Source: an uncultured Christensenellaceae bacterium
GTDB taxonomy: Bacteria; Bacillota; Clostridia; Christensenellales; UBA3700
Direction: 5' to 3'
DNA: 63,960 bases
Assembly (NCBI GenBank): GCA_944381355.1
Contig: CALWKV010000052.1
Coordinates: 1 to 63,960, forward strand
Made by a program: the position numbers and the translations under genes. The notes under the pieces are model-generated. The model was not told the origin of the DNA, searched no databases, and worked only from the letters and a program-made list of their open reading frames with translations. The number at the start of each line of letters is the position of its first letter. The stretch's first letter is position 1. Positions 46,140 through 55,776 of this stretch are shown one piece after another.

Positions 46140-47209
46140 ATTTTGACGACGACGAAGAGAGGTTCATGTCGTCCATGCCGATAGCTTCGGACGCGGACAG
46201 TGAAAACAAACTGCGCCCCAAGACGATGCAGGATTACGTCGGGCAGGACAAGATCAAGGAAAACCTCGAAATATACATCAAAGCCGCCGTGGCGAGAGGA
46301 GAAGCGCTCGACCACGTGCTTTTGTACGGTCCTCCCGGTCTAGGCAAGACCACGCTCGCGCATATCATCGCCAACGAAATGGGCAGTCAGATAAGGATAA
46401 CCAGCGGTCCTGCGATAGAAAAAGCGGCAGACCTCGCGGCTATACTCACCAACCTCGGAGAGGGCGACGTGCTGTTCATCGACGAGATCCACAGACTCAA
46501 CCGCAATGTTGAGGAGGTGCTTTATCCCGCAATGGAGGACTTCGCGCTCGACTTCATCGTCGGTAAAGGTCCTACGGCAAAGAGTCTGAGGATACCTCTG
46601 CCTAAATTCACGCTGATAGGCGCGACAACCAAGGCGGGAATGTTGACGGGTCCGCTCCGCGACCGCTTCGGCGTAAATTGCAGGCTTGAAATGTACACCG
46701 CAGAGCAGCTTGCGAGAATAGTCAGACGTTCTGCGTCCATACTCGGCATAGAGATGACCGACGACGGCGCTATCGAAATAGCGAGGAGAAGCCGCGGCAC
46801 TCCGCGTATCGCCAACCGTATACTCAAACGCGTCCGCGATTTTGCAGAAGTCAAGGGCGAAGGAGTGATAACCTACGAGGTTGCCGATCACGCGCTCGGC
46901 AAGATGGAGATAGACAAGCTCGGTCTCGATTCCGTCGACCGCAGACTGCTGACCACGATGATAGACAAGTTCGGCGGCGGCCCCGTCGGACTGGACACTT
47001 TGAGCGCGGCGGTAGGCGAGGACAGCGGCACGATCGAGGACGTGTACGAACCTTATCTTATGCAGATCACCTTCATCGCGCGCACTCCGAGAGGCAGGAT
47101 CGTCCTGCCGGACGCTTACGTGCACCTCGGTCTCAAGGTGCCGCAGAGTGCGGTAAAACAGATGAGCATTCTCGACGTGCTCGAGACGGGAGACAACGGC
47201 GACAAATGA
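46136..47209 (+). CDS. ruvB: Holliday junction branch migration DNA helicase RuvB
   Basis: [30 protein letters not shown]-type motifs. ATGA overlap with ruvA. Confidence 0.95.
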   Translation: MNFDDDEERFMSSMPIASDADSENKLRPKTMQDYVGQDKIKENLEIYIKAAVARGEALDHVLLYGPPGLGKTTLAHIIANEMGSQIRITSGPAIEKAADLAAILTNLGEGDVLFIDEIHRLNRNVEEVLYPAMEDFALDFIVGKGPTAKSLRIPLPKFTLIGATTKAGMLTGPLRDRFGVNCRLEMYTAEQLARIVRRSASILGIEMTDDGAIEIARRSRGTPRIANRILKRVRDFAEVKGEGVITYEVADHALGKMEIDKLGLDSVDRRLLTTMIDKFGGGPVGLDTLSAAVGEDSGTIEDVYEPYLMQITFIARTPRGRIVLPDAYVHLGLKVPQSAVKQMSILDVLETGDNGDK

Positions 47210-48246
47210 TGAAAACAAGCGATTTCGATTACTACCTTCCCAAAGAACTGATCGCGCAGACCCCCGCGGAACCGCGCGATTCTTCACGTCTGTTGGTATA
47301 CGACAGAGCCGACGGAAGTATTCAGCACAGGATTTTCCGCGATATAACCGATTACCTCAAAGAGGGCGACGTGCTCGTAGTCAACAATACCAAAGTCATT
47401 CCCGCACGCATATTCGCAAAACGCGTGCTCGCAGACGGCTCGCTCGGCGAAGGGGACTGCGAGGTGCTTCTTCTCAAGCGTCTCGACTACAATACGTGGG
47501 AGTGCATAACCCGTCCCGCAAAAAAACTCAGAGTGGGCACAAAACTCTATTTCTCGGACAAACTTTCCGCCGAGGTCGTCGGTTACAAGGACGAGGGGAT
47601 CAGAGATATGAAATTCGCGTTTGACGGCGTTTTCGAGGATATACTCGACGAGATCGGCAATATGCCTCTCCCTCCTTATATTACGCAAAAGCTCAAGGAT
47701 AAGAACAGATACCAGACCGTATATTGCAAGACGGACGGCTCTGCGGCGGCACCCACCGCGGGTCTGCATTTTACGCCCGAATTGCTCGACAGAATACGCG
47801 CCAAAGGCGTACAGATAGCGACCGTGCTTCTTCACGTGGGTCTCGGCACGTTCCGCCCCGTAAAAGAGGAAAACGTCCTCGATCATAAAATGCACAGCGA
47901 ATATTACCGCGTCGACAAAGAAAACGCCGCGATAATAACCAAGGCGAAAAAAGAGGGCAGACGAGTGATATGCGTCGGCACAACGTCCGTGCGCGTGCTG
48001 GAGAGCGTCGCGAAAGAGGACGGCACCGTCGAGGCTTGCTCCGGGGATACCGACATCTTCATCTATCCCGGCTACAAGTTCAAAGCCGTCGACGCGCTGA
48101 TCACCAATTTTCACCTGCCTCAGTCGACTCTGTTTATGCTCGTCAGCGCCTTTATGGGCAGAGAAAACGCATTGAGAATGTATGAAACGGCGGTGGGAGA
48201 GGGGTATAGGTTTTTTTCGTTCGGCGACGCCACTTTCATTATCTGA
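47206..48246 (+). CDS. queA: S-adenosylmethionine:tRNA ribosyltransferase-isomerase
   Basis: [30 protein letters not shown] start and C-terminal YRFFSFGDA. Confidence 0.95.
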   Translation: MMKTSDFDYYLPKELIAQTPAEPRDSSRLLVYDRADGSIQHRIFRDITDYLKEGDVLVVNNTKVIPARIFAKRVLADGSLGEGDCEVLLLKRLDYNTWECITRPAKKLRVGTKLYFSDKLSAEVVGYKDEGIRDMKFAFDGVFEDILDEIGNMPLPPYITQKLKDKNRYQTVYCKTDGSAAAPTAGLHFTPELLDRIRAKGVQIATVLLHVGLGTFRPVKEENVLDHKMHSEYYRVDKENAAIITKAKKEGRRVICVGTTSVRVLESVAKEDGTVEACSGDTDIFIYPGYKFKAVDALITNFHLPQSTLFMLVSAFMGRENALRMYETAVGEGYRFFSFGDATFII

Positions 48247-48249
48247 AAG

Positions 48250-48815
48250 TGTATAAGCGGCGCAATACTGTGTCAAGCTCCGCTTTCCTTGGGTCACGTA
48301 CGAATAGTACGCTCCCCGTCGGTAAATGCTCGCTCTCCTTGTCTTGCTTGCTTCTGCGCTTTCAGATAATGAAAGTCCAGAATTATTGAACGTGAATAAA
48401 CCGCGCATCTCTTTGTCGTGCTTACGTTTCCCCTCGGTCACTTACGAGAGTAGTGCGCTCCCTTGGGTTTTGAGGGCAAATAAGCAGCGCATACCTTTGT
48501 CGCGCTTGCGTTGTGTCTGCGGTCACGTACGCATAAGTACGTTCCCTTGACAAATCCGCGCGCTTCGCGGTCTGCTTGCTTCTTTGACCTCAAAAGGGCA
48601 AGATGATAACGCGCACTCCTTGACCTGCTTGTTTCTTCGCGTTCGGGAGAATAAAAGTCCCGAATTGCAAGAAGCGAATAAGCGGCGCAATACTGTGTCG
48701 AGCTTGCTTCTTTGACCTCAAAAGGGCAAGAGGATAACACGCGCTTCGCGGTCTGCTTGCTTCTTTGACCTCAAAAGATCAAGAGGATAACGCGCGCTTC
48801 GCGGTCTGTCGCAAT
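48250..48815. repeat. degenerate direct-repeat field in the queA-tgt spacer
   Basis: A 38-bp perfect repeat CGCGCTTCGCGGTCTGCTTGCTTCTTTGACCTCAAAAG at 48559 and 48740, with a partial copy at 48793. A 22-bp perfect repeat ATAAGCGGCGCAATACTGTGTC at 48253 and 48678. Three GGTCAC(G/T)TACG...GTAC/GTGC modules. Confidence 0.8.
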
Positions 48816-48915
48816 CATCGCATATAACGGTCGCAAGATATTGCTTGCCGACACTTAAATGGATTTAACGCACACGGGTGCGCAAAATATAAAAATACCC
48901 CCATTGAGGAGATAT

Positions 48916-50037
48916 ATGTTTTCTTACGAAGTTATAAAAGTAGACAAACACACGGGTGCGAGAGTGGGAAGGCTCGTTACGCCGCACGGCGAGGTAATGA
49001 CTCCCGTGTTTATGCCTGTCGGCACGAACGCCACGGTCAAGAGCCTGACTCCCGAGGCTGTGGACAGGACGGGCGCGAGCATAGTGCTTGCCAATACCTA
49101 TCATCTTTATCTCCGCCCGGGGCACGAGCTGGTGGAAAAGGCAGGGGGATTGCACAAGTTTATGAACTGGAACAAGCCGATACTTACAGACAGCGGCGGT
49201 TTTCAGGTCTTTTCGCTTTCCAAACTGCGCAAGATAACCGATGACGGAGTGACGTTCGGGTCGTATATCGACGGGAGCCGTCATCACCTGACGCCCGAGG
49301 ACGCGGTGCGCGTGCAGAACGCTCTGGGGGCGGATATAATCATGGCGTTTGACGAATGCACGTCGGCGGATACCGACTACCGCAAATCGGGCAGAGCGAT
49401 GGAACGCACTCTGCGTTGGCTCGACAGGTGCGTTAAGGCGCATACCGACTGGGACAGGCAGATGCTTTTCCCGATAATTCAGGGCAATATGTACGAAGAC
49501 CTGAGAAAAGAGAGCGCAAAGGCTACCGCGGAGTACGCCAGATGCGGTATCGCGATAGGCGGTCTTTCGGTCGGCGAGCCTAAAGAGGTGATGTACCGAA
49601 TGCTCGAGCTTCTCAGACCTTATTATCCGCAAGATCAGCCGCGCTATCTCATGGGCGTGGGTAGTCCCGACTGTCTCGTCGAAGGCGTTATGCGCGGTAT
49701 CGATATGTTCGACTGCGTGCTTCCTACGCGTATCGCGAGAAACGGCATGGCTTTTACGCGCAACGGCAATATGACGCTAAGAAACGCTAAATACAAAGAA
49801 GATTTTTCGCCTGTAGAAGAAAACTGCGACTGTTATTGCTGCCGCAATTTCTCGAGGGCATATCTGCGCCACCTTATAAACAGCGACGAGATACTGGGCG
49901 GAGAATTGCTTTCGATGCACAATATCCGCTTCCTTGTCAAGCTGACCGAAGATATGCGCACGGCGATAATGCACGACGAGTTTGCGGATTTCTACAAGGA
50001 TTTCAAGGAAAAATACGCATGGGACAGAAAGGTATAA
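48916..50037 (+). CDS. tgt: tRNA-guanine transglycosylase
   Basis: [21 protein letters not shown], and Zn site CDCYCC...H. GAGGAG RBS at the ATG at 48916. Confidence 0.95.
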   Translation: MFSYEVIKVDKHTGARVGRLVTPHGEVMTPVFMPVGTNATVKSLTPEAVDRTGASIVLANTYHLYLRPGHELVEKAGGLHKFMNWNKPILTDSGGFQVFSLSKLRKITDDGVTFGSYIDGSRHHLTPEDAVRVQNALGADIIMAFDECTSADTDYRKSGRAMERTLRWLDRCVKAHTDWDRQMLFPIIQGNMYEDLRKESAKATAEYARCGIAIGGLSVGEPKEVMYRMLELLRPYYPQDQPRYLMGVGSPDCLVEGVMRGIDMFDCVLPTRIARNGMAFTRNGNMTLRNAKYKEDFSPVEENCDCYCCRNFSRAYLRHLINSDEILGGELLSMHNIRFLVKLTEDMRTAIMHDEFADFYKDFKEKYAWDRKV

Positions 50038-50185
50038 AACGCGTTTTCGACACCTTTGACCGCGTTTTAATCAAAAATTTACAATAACGGCGCAAAAATA
50101 ACTTGCCATTTGTTAAGAATTTCTATATTATTAGATATACACGAAAAGACTGATTTTGTTACGCAAAATCTTAAAGGAGAATAAT

Positions 50186-50752
50186 ATGACCAATTTGTTT
50201 TTACTCGCGGCAGACGATGCGTCCGGCGGCAGCAGTTCCTGGATCATTCTCGTCGTTCTCGCGGTAATGCTTGTAGGCACGATGCTTTTGTCCATCATTC
50301 CGCAGAAAAAGAGACAAAAGAAGGCTCAGGAAATGATGGCGGGCATCAAGGTCGGCACCAAGATCAAGACGATCGGCGGTTTTGTCGGCATAATAAAGAT
50401 GATTGACAACGCGCAGGGCACTTTTGTCCTCGATATCAGCGCAAACGGTGACGGCAGCGTGCTCGTGACCATTGACAAGGGCGCCGTTTATACGGTCATC
50501 AATCCCGCAGACGCGACTGCTGACGCGGCTGTCAATGCGGATCAGGCTTCGGCGGCAAATACTGCGGTAGCGGCGGACGACGTCGTCGAGGATGCTCAGG
50601 CAGCAGAAAAGAAGGCTGCAAAGAGCAAAAAGAAGGGCAAGGCAAAAGAGGTTGTCGCAGAAGAAGTTCCTGCAAGCGACGAAGTGTCTGCAAGTGAGGA
50701 AAGCACCAACGATCTCAGCATCGACGGCGACAATTCCGACATCAAGTTCTGA
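50186..50752 (+). CDS. yajC: preprotein translocase subunit YajC with extended Ala/Asp/Glu-rich C-terminal tail
   Basis: TM helix followed by PQKKRQKKAQEMMAGIKVGTKIKTIGGFVGII. AAAGGAGA RBS at 50186. Confidence 0.8.
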   Translation: MTNLFLLAADDASGGSSSWIILVVLAVMLVGTMLLSIIPQKKRQKKAQEMMAGIKVGTKIKTIGGFVGIIKMIDNAQGTFVLDISANGDGSVLVTIDKGAVYTVINPADATADAAVNADQASAANTAVAADDVVEDAQAAEKKAAKSKKKGKAKEVVAEEVPASDEVSASEESTNDLSIDGDNSDIKF

Positions 50753-50768
50753 TAATCAACGACAGACA

Positions 50769-50797
50769 AAAACTCGGGAGCGATCCCGAGTTTTTTT
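50769..50797. terminator. bidirectional intrinsic terminator between yajC and the convergent membrane-protein gene
   Basis: AAAA-CTCGGGA-GCGA-TCCCGAG-T7. Confidence 0.7.
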
Positions 50798-50848
50798 CTT
50801 TTTTTCTTTGAGTTTTCGACATACAACGGGTCTGATTCGAATCGTTGT

Positions 50849-51241
50849 TCACATCTTTTTCTTTTTGACGTTGACGGCGAGTATTCCGCTGAGTATCCCT
50901 GCGGCTATGCATGCAAGTACGTCGTATACTGTCATAGAGCTGCCGGAGAAATCGCCCGAGATCCCCGCGAACACGAGATAGGTCAGACCTGCGTATATCA
51001 GACCTATCGCAAGACCTTTCACGAGCCCTTTATTGTCGTGTCTTATGCCGATAAGGCATGCCGCGGCTACCGACAGTATTTTTATCGCGATATTGACGGG
51101 CGCGATGACGTTTTCGGATGCGTCCGTGAATTTGGCAATGACGGCAAAGAGCATTATCAGAAGTATGGACAGAATGATCGCGAAAAGCGCGCTCCTGAAT
51201 ATGTCCAACGCGTCGTATTTTGTGAATTTTACCTTTTCCAT
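50849..51241 (-). CDS. small polytopic membrane protein, TIGR04086 (YrzE-like) family candidate
   Basis: 130 aa with four hydrophobic helices. Divergent neighbour of the SCIFF genes; as I recall, this family is often found next to SCIFF loci. Confidence 0.55.
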   Translation of the reverse strand: MEKVKFTKYDALDIFRSALFAIILSILLIMLFAVIAKFTDASENVIAPVNIAIKILSVAAACLIGIRHDNKGLVKGLAIGLIYAGLTYLVFAGISGDFSGSSMTVYDVLACIAAGILSGILAVNVKKKKM

Positions 51242-51401
51242 ATAAATACCTCCATAGCAAAGAATATGAACGGTGGCGCACGATTATGTTGACGGAATAA
51301 TGCCGCGGCGCGTACAAAAATTGATACAATTTGCCGATAACGCTTGATTTATTGCACGCATTATATTAAAATATATTTACAATAAAACTTCGGAGGTTGT
51401 T

Positions 51402-51575
51402 ATGAAACATATCAACAGTATCGCTATCAACGGTATGAAGAAGAGCGGCAACATCGGTTGCGGTGAGTGCCAGTCCAGTTGCCAGAGCGCTTGCAAGACG
51501 AGCTGCACGGTAGGCAATCAGAGCTGCAAGAACAGAGACGAAAAAGTCAACACCGTCAAAAAGCCGTTGCTGTAA
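51402..51575 (+). CDS. scfA: six-cysteine ranthipeptide precursor SCIFF (57 aa; absent from the ORF track)
   Basis: Translation MKHINSIAINGMKKSGNIGCGECQSSCQSACKTSCTVGNQSCKNRDEKVNTVKKPLL carries the SCIFF core GCGECQ(S/T)SCQSACKTSCTVGNQ.C. GGAGG RBS 6 nt upstream. The maturase gene starts 10 nt downstream. Confidence 0.85.
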   Translation: MKHINSIAINGMKKSGNIGCGECQSSCQSACKTSCTVGNQSCKNRDEKVNTVKKPLL

Positions 51576-51584
51576 GAGGATGAG

Positions 51585-52949
51585 ATGACTCATCCGTTCG
51601 GCTTTACCTACGGAGGCAAGACGCATTATTTTGCCTTCGACAGCGAAAGTGGCAGTCTGCATAATGTGGATTATGTCACTTTTTTATGTATTAAATCACG
51701 GCTCGGCATGCCTTTCGAGGGCGCCGAGGCGGAGGACTTTGCCGCCCTTGATCAAAATGAAAAATACGAGATAAACGTAGAACTCGATCAGCTCGTCGCA
51801 GAAGGCGTTCTTGACAGTCCCTGTACGGTTGCGCAGAAAAAAAAGAGGACGGGAGAGATCAAGGCGCTTTGTCTGCATATCTGCCACGACTGCAATCTTC
51901 GTTGCCGTTACTGCTTTGCGGACGAGGGCACTTACCGCACTGCTGACAAGGCGCACATGCCCGTTGAAGTGGGGCTGCGCGCGGTGGACTTCCTCATCGC
52001 CAACAGCGGCAAAAGGAAAAACCTCGAGATAGACTTTTTTGGCGGCGAGCCGCTGATGAATATGCAAACGGTGAAAGCCGTCGTGGAATATGCGCGTTCT
52101 CTCGAGGCATCCACGGGCAAGACTTTCTCGTTTACGATGACGACCAACTGCGTGCTTCTCGGCGAGGAGAACAGAAAGTGGCTCAACGAGAATATGTACA
52201 ACGTCGTACTCAGCATAGACGGCAGGAGAGATATCCACAATGCAGTCAGAAAGACGCCTAACGGCAACGACGCGTTTGACCTAATACTGAATAATGCGCT
52301 TGAGTTCCGCAAAATACGAGGCGACAAATCGTATTACGTGCGTGGTACTTTCACTGCTAAAAATCTCGACTTCTGCAACGACGTGCTTTACCTCAACGAC
52401 TGCGGTTTCGATCAGATATCCATGGAGCCTGTCGTGACGGACATTCCCGATCTGCAGATTAAAAAAGAGCATCTGCCGAGGATATTTGAAGAATACGAAA
52501 GGCTGGCAAGAGAGTATATAGCAAGAAGAAAGACCAAGGACAAATGGTTCAACTTCTTCCACTTTATGTACGATCTCGAGGGCGGACCTTGCGTTGTCAA
52601 GAGACTGACGGGGTGCGGCAGCGGCTGCGAATATCTGGCTGTCACTCCGAGAGGAGACATATATCCATGTCATCAGTTTGCGGAGAGGAAACCTTATAAG
52701 ATGGGCAACGTGCTCGAAGGCACGGGCTTCGACTTGTCTGTCAGCGAGATTTTCGCGGGAAATATTGTCACCAACAAGCCTGATTGCACGGATTGTCCCG
52801 CAAAATATTATTGCAGCGGCGGTTGCGTAGCCAACAATCTCAATTTCGCGGGGGATATGAACAAGCCCTACGACATAAGTTGCGCTATGATGAAAAAGCG
52901 CTTCGAGCTGTCTCTTGCCATCGCGGCTATAGAAGCTGCGGGAGAATGA
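51585..52949 (+). CDS. scfB: thioether cross-link-forming SCIFF peptide maturase (radical SAM/SPASM)
   Basis: CNLRCRYC radical SAM cluster motif. C-terminal SPASM cysteines (CGSGCEYLAV...YPCHQF, CTDCPAKYYCSGGC). Adjacent to the SCIFF precursor. Confidence 0.85.
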   Translation: MTHPFGFTYGGKTHYFAFDSESGSLHNVDYVTFLCIKSRLGMPFEGAEAEDFAALDQNEKYEINVELDQLVAEGVLDSPCTVAQKKKRTGEIKALCLHICHDCNLRCRYCFADEGTYRTADKAHMPVEVGLRAVDFLIANSGKRKNLEIDFFGGEPLMNMQTVKAVVEYARSLEASTGKTFSFTMTTNCVLLGEENRKWLNENMYNVVLSIDGRRDIHNAVRKTPNGNDAFDLILNNALEFRKIRGDKSYYVRGTFTAKNLDFCNDVLYLNDCGFDQISMEPVVTDIPDLQIKKEHLPRIFEEYERLAREYIARRKTKDKWFNFFHFMYDLEGGPCVVKRLTGCGSGCEYLAVTPRGDIYPCHQFAERKPYKMGNVLEGTGFDLSVSEIFAGNIVTNKPDCTDCPAKYYCSGGCVANNLNFAGDMNKPYDISCAMMKKRFELSLAIAAIEAAGE

Positions 52950-52967
52950 ACGATTGCCATCACAATG

Positions 52968-52998
52968 GCGGCTTCCGTGTCGGAGCCGCTATTTTTTT
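52968..52998 (+). terminator. intrinsic terminator after scfB
   Basis: GCGGCTTCCG-TGT-CGGAGCCGC (one bulge) followed by ATTTTTTT. Confidence 0.55.
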
Positions 52999-53164
52999 GA
53001 AATTTTATTACGTCTTTGGGTATCACGCCCGATTTTTAAAAAAATATCGACGTTTTATGCGTGCAAAATGAATTAAACGCAAAAAAACAATCAAACTTTT
53101 ATTGACTTCTTTTTATTATATATATATAATATTTGAGTAGGACTAACTTCAGGAGGCAAGTAAG

Positions 53165-54550
53165 GTGATAAAGAGCAAATCAATCGCACTTCCGATTGTG
53201 ATTTTAGCTGTTTTTTCCATACTTATCATTTTAGGCACGGTCTTTGCCTTTGTCAGCCTCACCGACGGTCAGCTCGGCATCTACAACTACAACGCGTACC
53301 CCACCTGCATCAAGCTGGGTCTCGACCTCAGCGGCGGTGCATATGCGGTCTACGAAGTGGACGAGGAGAATCTTCCCGAGAGCATGACTGACGGCGAGAA
53401 CGACGAGCAGGAGATAGAAATGGCTATCGAAGGCACGCGTGCGAGTTTGGAATCGCTTTTGTTCAACAAAGGCTATACGGAGGCGCAGGTCAGCGTCTAC
53501 GGCAGGACGATAAGAGTAGAAGTTCCGGACGTTGACGATCCGGAGAGAATATTCGAGCTTATAGGTCGTCCTTCCAGCCTTGAGTTTAAAGAATATACCG
53601 ACGCAGACACTGTCAACGATACGCTTATGACAGGCGACGAGATCGCAGAAGCCGGCGTTACTTACAACAACGAAACGGGTTATTACGAGGTTGCGCTCAA
53701 GTTTACGAGCACGGGTTCCGACAAGTTCGCAAAGATCACTTCGGATCTGACGGGCAAGTACCTCGGCATCTATATCAACGGCGAATACGTGATGCACGCT
53801 TCGGTCGGCGAAGCTATATCGGGCGGACAGGCTTCGATAAGCGGTCAATACAGCTACGACGACGCTTACGCGCTGGCGGTCCAGATACAGGCGGGCAGCT
53901 TCCCCCTTCAGCTCAACATGAGAGAATCCAGCACTCTTACCGCGACTCTCGGCGACTCTGCTATCAAGGCGGGCGTCATTGCTGGTCTCGTAGGTCTGCT
54001 TCTCATCATCGTTTATCTTATCGCTATATACAGGCTCATGGGCGTAGCGGCAAGCATTGCGCTTGCGTACTACACGATGACCTACGTGTTCTTCCTTGCG
54101 GTGTTCCCGTGGGTACAGCTGACTCTTGCGGGTATAGCCGGTATCCTTCTCAGTATGGGTATGGCTGTCGACGCCAACGTCATCATATTCGAGAGAATAA
54201 AAGAAGAATACGCAAAGGGCAAGTCGATGCGCATGGCGGTCAGCGAGGGCTTCAAGCGTTCGCTCGGCGCGATCCTCGACGGCAACATCACGACGATCAT
54301 CGGCGCGGTTGTGCTAATGCTCGTGGGCGCTTCGACGATCAAGGGCTTCGGCATCACGCTCCTTATCGGTATCGTTTTGTCGCTGTTTACGTCGCTTCTC
54401 ATCACGAGAATTATACTCAATGCGATCATGGCTTTCCACAGCGAAAAACACGCGGCATTGTACGCTATGAAGCGTAAGTCCGAAGACGAAGAAGAAACGC
54501 AGGAAGTAAATGCTTCTGCAGAAGAAGTTCAGGGAGGTGCAACTGTATGA
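53165..54550 (+). CDS. secD: protein translocase subunit SecD
   Basis: GTG start 8 nt after AGGAGG. LGLDLSGG motif, then a C-terminal 6-TM domain with MAVDANVIIFERIKEE. Confidence 0.9.
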   Translation: MIKSKSIALPIVILAVFSILIILGTVFAFVSLTDGQLGIYNYNAYPTCIKLGLDLSGGAYAVYEVDEENLPESMTDGENDEQEIEMAIEGTRASLESLLFNKGYTEAQVSVYGRTIRVEVPDVDDPERIFELIGRPSSLEFKEYTDADTVNDTLMTGDEIAEAGVTYNNETGYYEVALKFTSTGSDKFAKITSDLTGKYLGIYINGEYVMHASVGEAISGGQASISGQYSYDDAYALAVQIQAGSFPLQLNMRESSTLTATLGDSAIKAGVIAGLVGLLLIIVYLIAIYRLMGVAASIALAYYTMTYVFFLAVFPWVQLTLAGIAGILLSMGMAVDANVIIFERIKEEYAKGKSMRMAVSEGFKRSLGAILDGNITTIIGAVVLMLVGASTIKGFGITLLIGIVLSLFTSLLITRIILNAIMAFHSEKHAALYAMKRKSEDEEETQEVNASAEEVQGGATV

Positions 54551-55668
54551 AGATAAACAGAAACATCCCCAGAATGTTTAAGATCTGGTTTGTCATACCG
54601 TTCGTGGTCATTCTGATAGCTGCGGCTGTTTTCACAGGATACGCCGTGTCCTACAAGGACGTTTCCAAGGGTATGAATATCGGTACCGACTTTGCGGGCG
54701 GCTCTATTGTCAACATAGTCCTCGGCGAGAGCGAGCTTTCCGACAGCGAAAAGTACGACAAGCATCTCGACACCGTTGTAGAGCTTTTGCAGGATGATGC
54801 AATTGCAGAACAGATCGTTACCTACGCTAAGGAGGAACTCAATCAGACTATTGACGCGTCCGCTGTAAAGGCGACGGTCAGCTACAGTCAGAAGTCGGAC
54901 TCGGGCGCAAATATGACCCTCGTAGTCAAATACGACAACATATCCAAGACGTACGATCCGACCAACGAACTGACCAAGGTCAGGAACGAGCTTATCGTTG
55001 AGAAGCTCAACGAGATATACAGCGCAGAAAACGGATATACCAACGTATCGGTTACCTACAGCAACATAGGCGCGACGGCTAGCGAATCTCTGATCCGCAC
55101 CGCGATCATATCTCTTGCGATATCTCTTGCGATCATTCTTGTATACGTTATCGTACGTTTCGAGTTGTGGAGCGGTCTTGCGGCAGTTATTGCGCTTATT
55201 CACGACGTCGCGATAATGGTTGCGCTGACGATAGTGTTCCGTATTCAGGTCAACAGCTCTTTCATTGCGGCTATGATCACGATCGTTGCATATTCCATCA
55301 ACAACACGATCGTTATATTCGACCGTGTCCGTGAGAACATCAAGATAGAGAAAAAGCTCAATCACAATGCTATAATCGACAATTTCGAGATGGCAGACAA
55401 GTCTACGAAACAGTCTATGACGAGAACGATCAATACGACCGTCACCACCATGTTTGCGATAGTGATATTCGCGATACTGGGTGCGGCGACTGTCAGAGAA
55501 TTCGCTCTCCCGGTTATATTCGGTCTGATTGCAGGTTTCTATTCGTCGGTATTCATTTCTCCCGCGCTTTACGCGCTGATGAAAAATGCGGGCGACACAT
55601 GGAAAAGAAATCGGGAAAACAAGGCGACGCCGATTTTTGTGGGACAGAAGAAAAAGAAAAACGCCTGA
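54547..55668 (+). CDS. secF: protein translocase subunit SecF
   Basis: GTDFAGGS motif, 6-TM domain with YSINNTIVIFDRVREN. 4-nt overlap with secD. Confidence 0.9.
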   Translation: MKINRNIPRMFKIWFVIPFVVILIAAAVFTGYAVSYKDVSKGMNIGTDFAGGSIVNIVLGESELSDSEKYDKHLDTVVELLQDDAIAEQIVTYAKEELNQTIDASAVKATVSYSQKSDSGANMTLVVKYDNISKTYDPTNELTKVRNELIVEKLNEIYSAENGYTNVSVTYSNIGATASESLIRTAIISLAISLAIILVYVIVRFELWSGLAAVIALIHDVAIMVALTIVFRIQVNSSFIAAMITIVAYSINNTIVIFDRVRENIKIEKKLNHNAIIDNFEMADKSTKQSMTRTINTTVTTMFAIVIFAILGAATVREFALPVIFGLIAGFYSSVFISPALYALMKNAGDTWKRNRENKATPIFVGQKKKKNA

Positions 55669-55679
55669 ACGAATCAGAG

Positions 55680-55709
55680 ACGGCCGCGCTAAACGTCGCG
55701 GTCGTTTTT
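55680..55709 (+). terminator. candidate intrinsic terminator after secF
   Basis: 9-bp stem ACGGCCGCG / CGCGGTCGT with one G-U pair, followed by T5. Confidence 0.5.
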
Positions 55710-55776
55710 GTTTCGGGACAAGTATGTTCATGACGACTTCTTAAATATCCAATATAAATACGAGAGCCGAGAAAAC

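Noticed and set aside
48250-48815. CRISPR array or protein-coding genes (ORFs 48326..48550 and 48438..48740) in the queA-tgt spacer
   Set aside because: The repeats are degenerate and overlapping rather than repeat-spacer. The ORFs lack an RBS, and their sequence is simply the repeated DNA translated.
789-55731. Other long shadow ORFs: 789..1538(-), 10224..11351(-), 14180..15370(-), 22857..23060(+) extension, 35652..36518(-), 38068..38772(-), 42106..42894(-), 46340..47287(-), 47284..48441(-), 54529..55731(-), 55798..56718(-), 58035..58733(-) and similar
   Set aside because: Each overlaps a confidently identified gene on the other strand or in another frame, and each has the Arg/His/Val-rich low-complexity look of antisense frames. 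None has an independent RBS or a recognisable motif.
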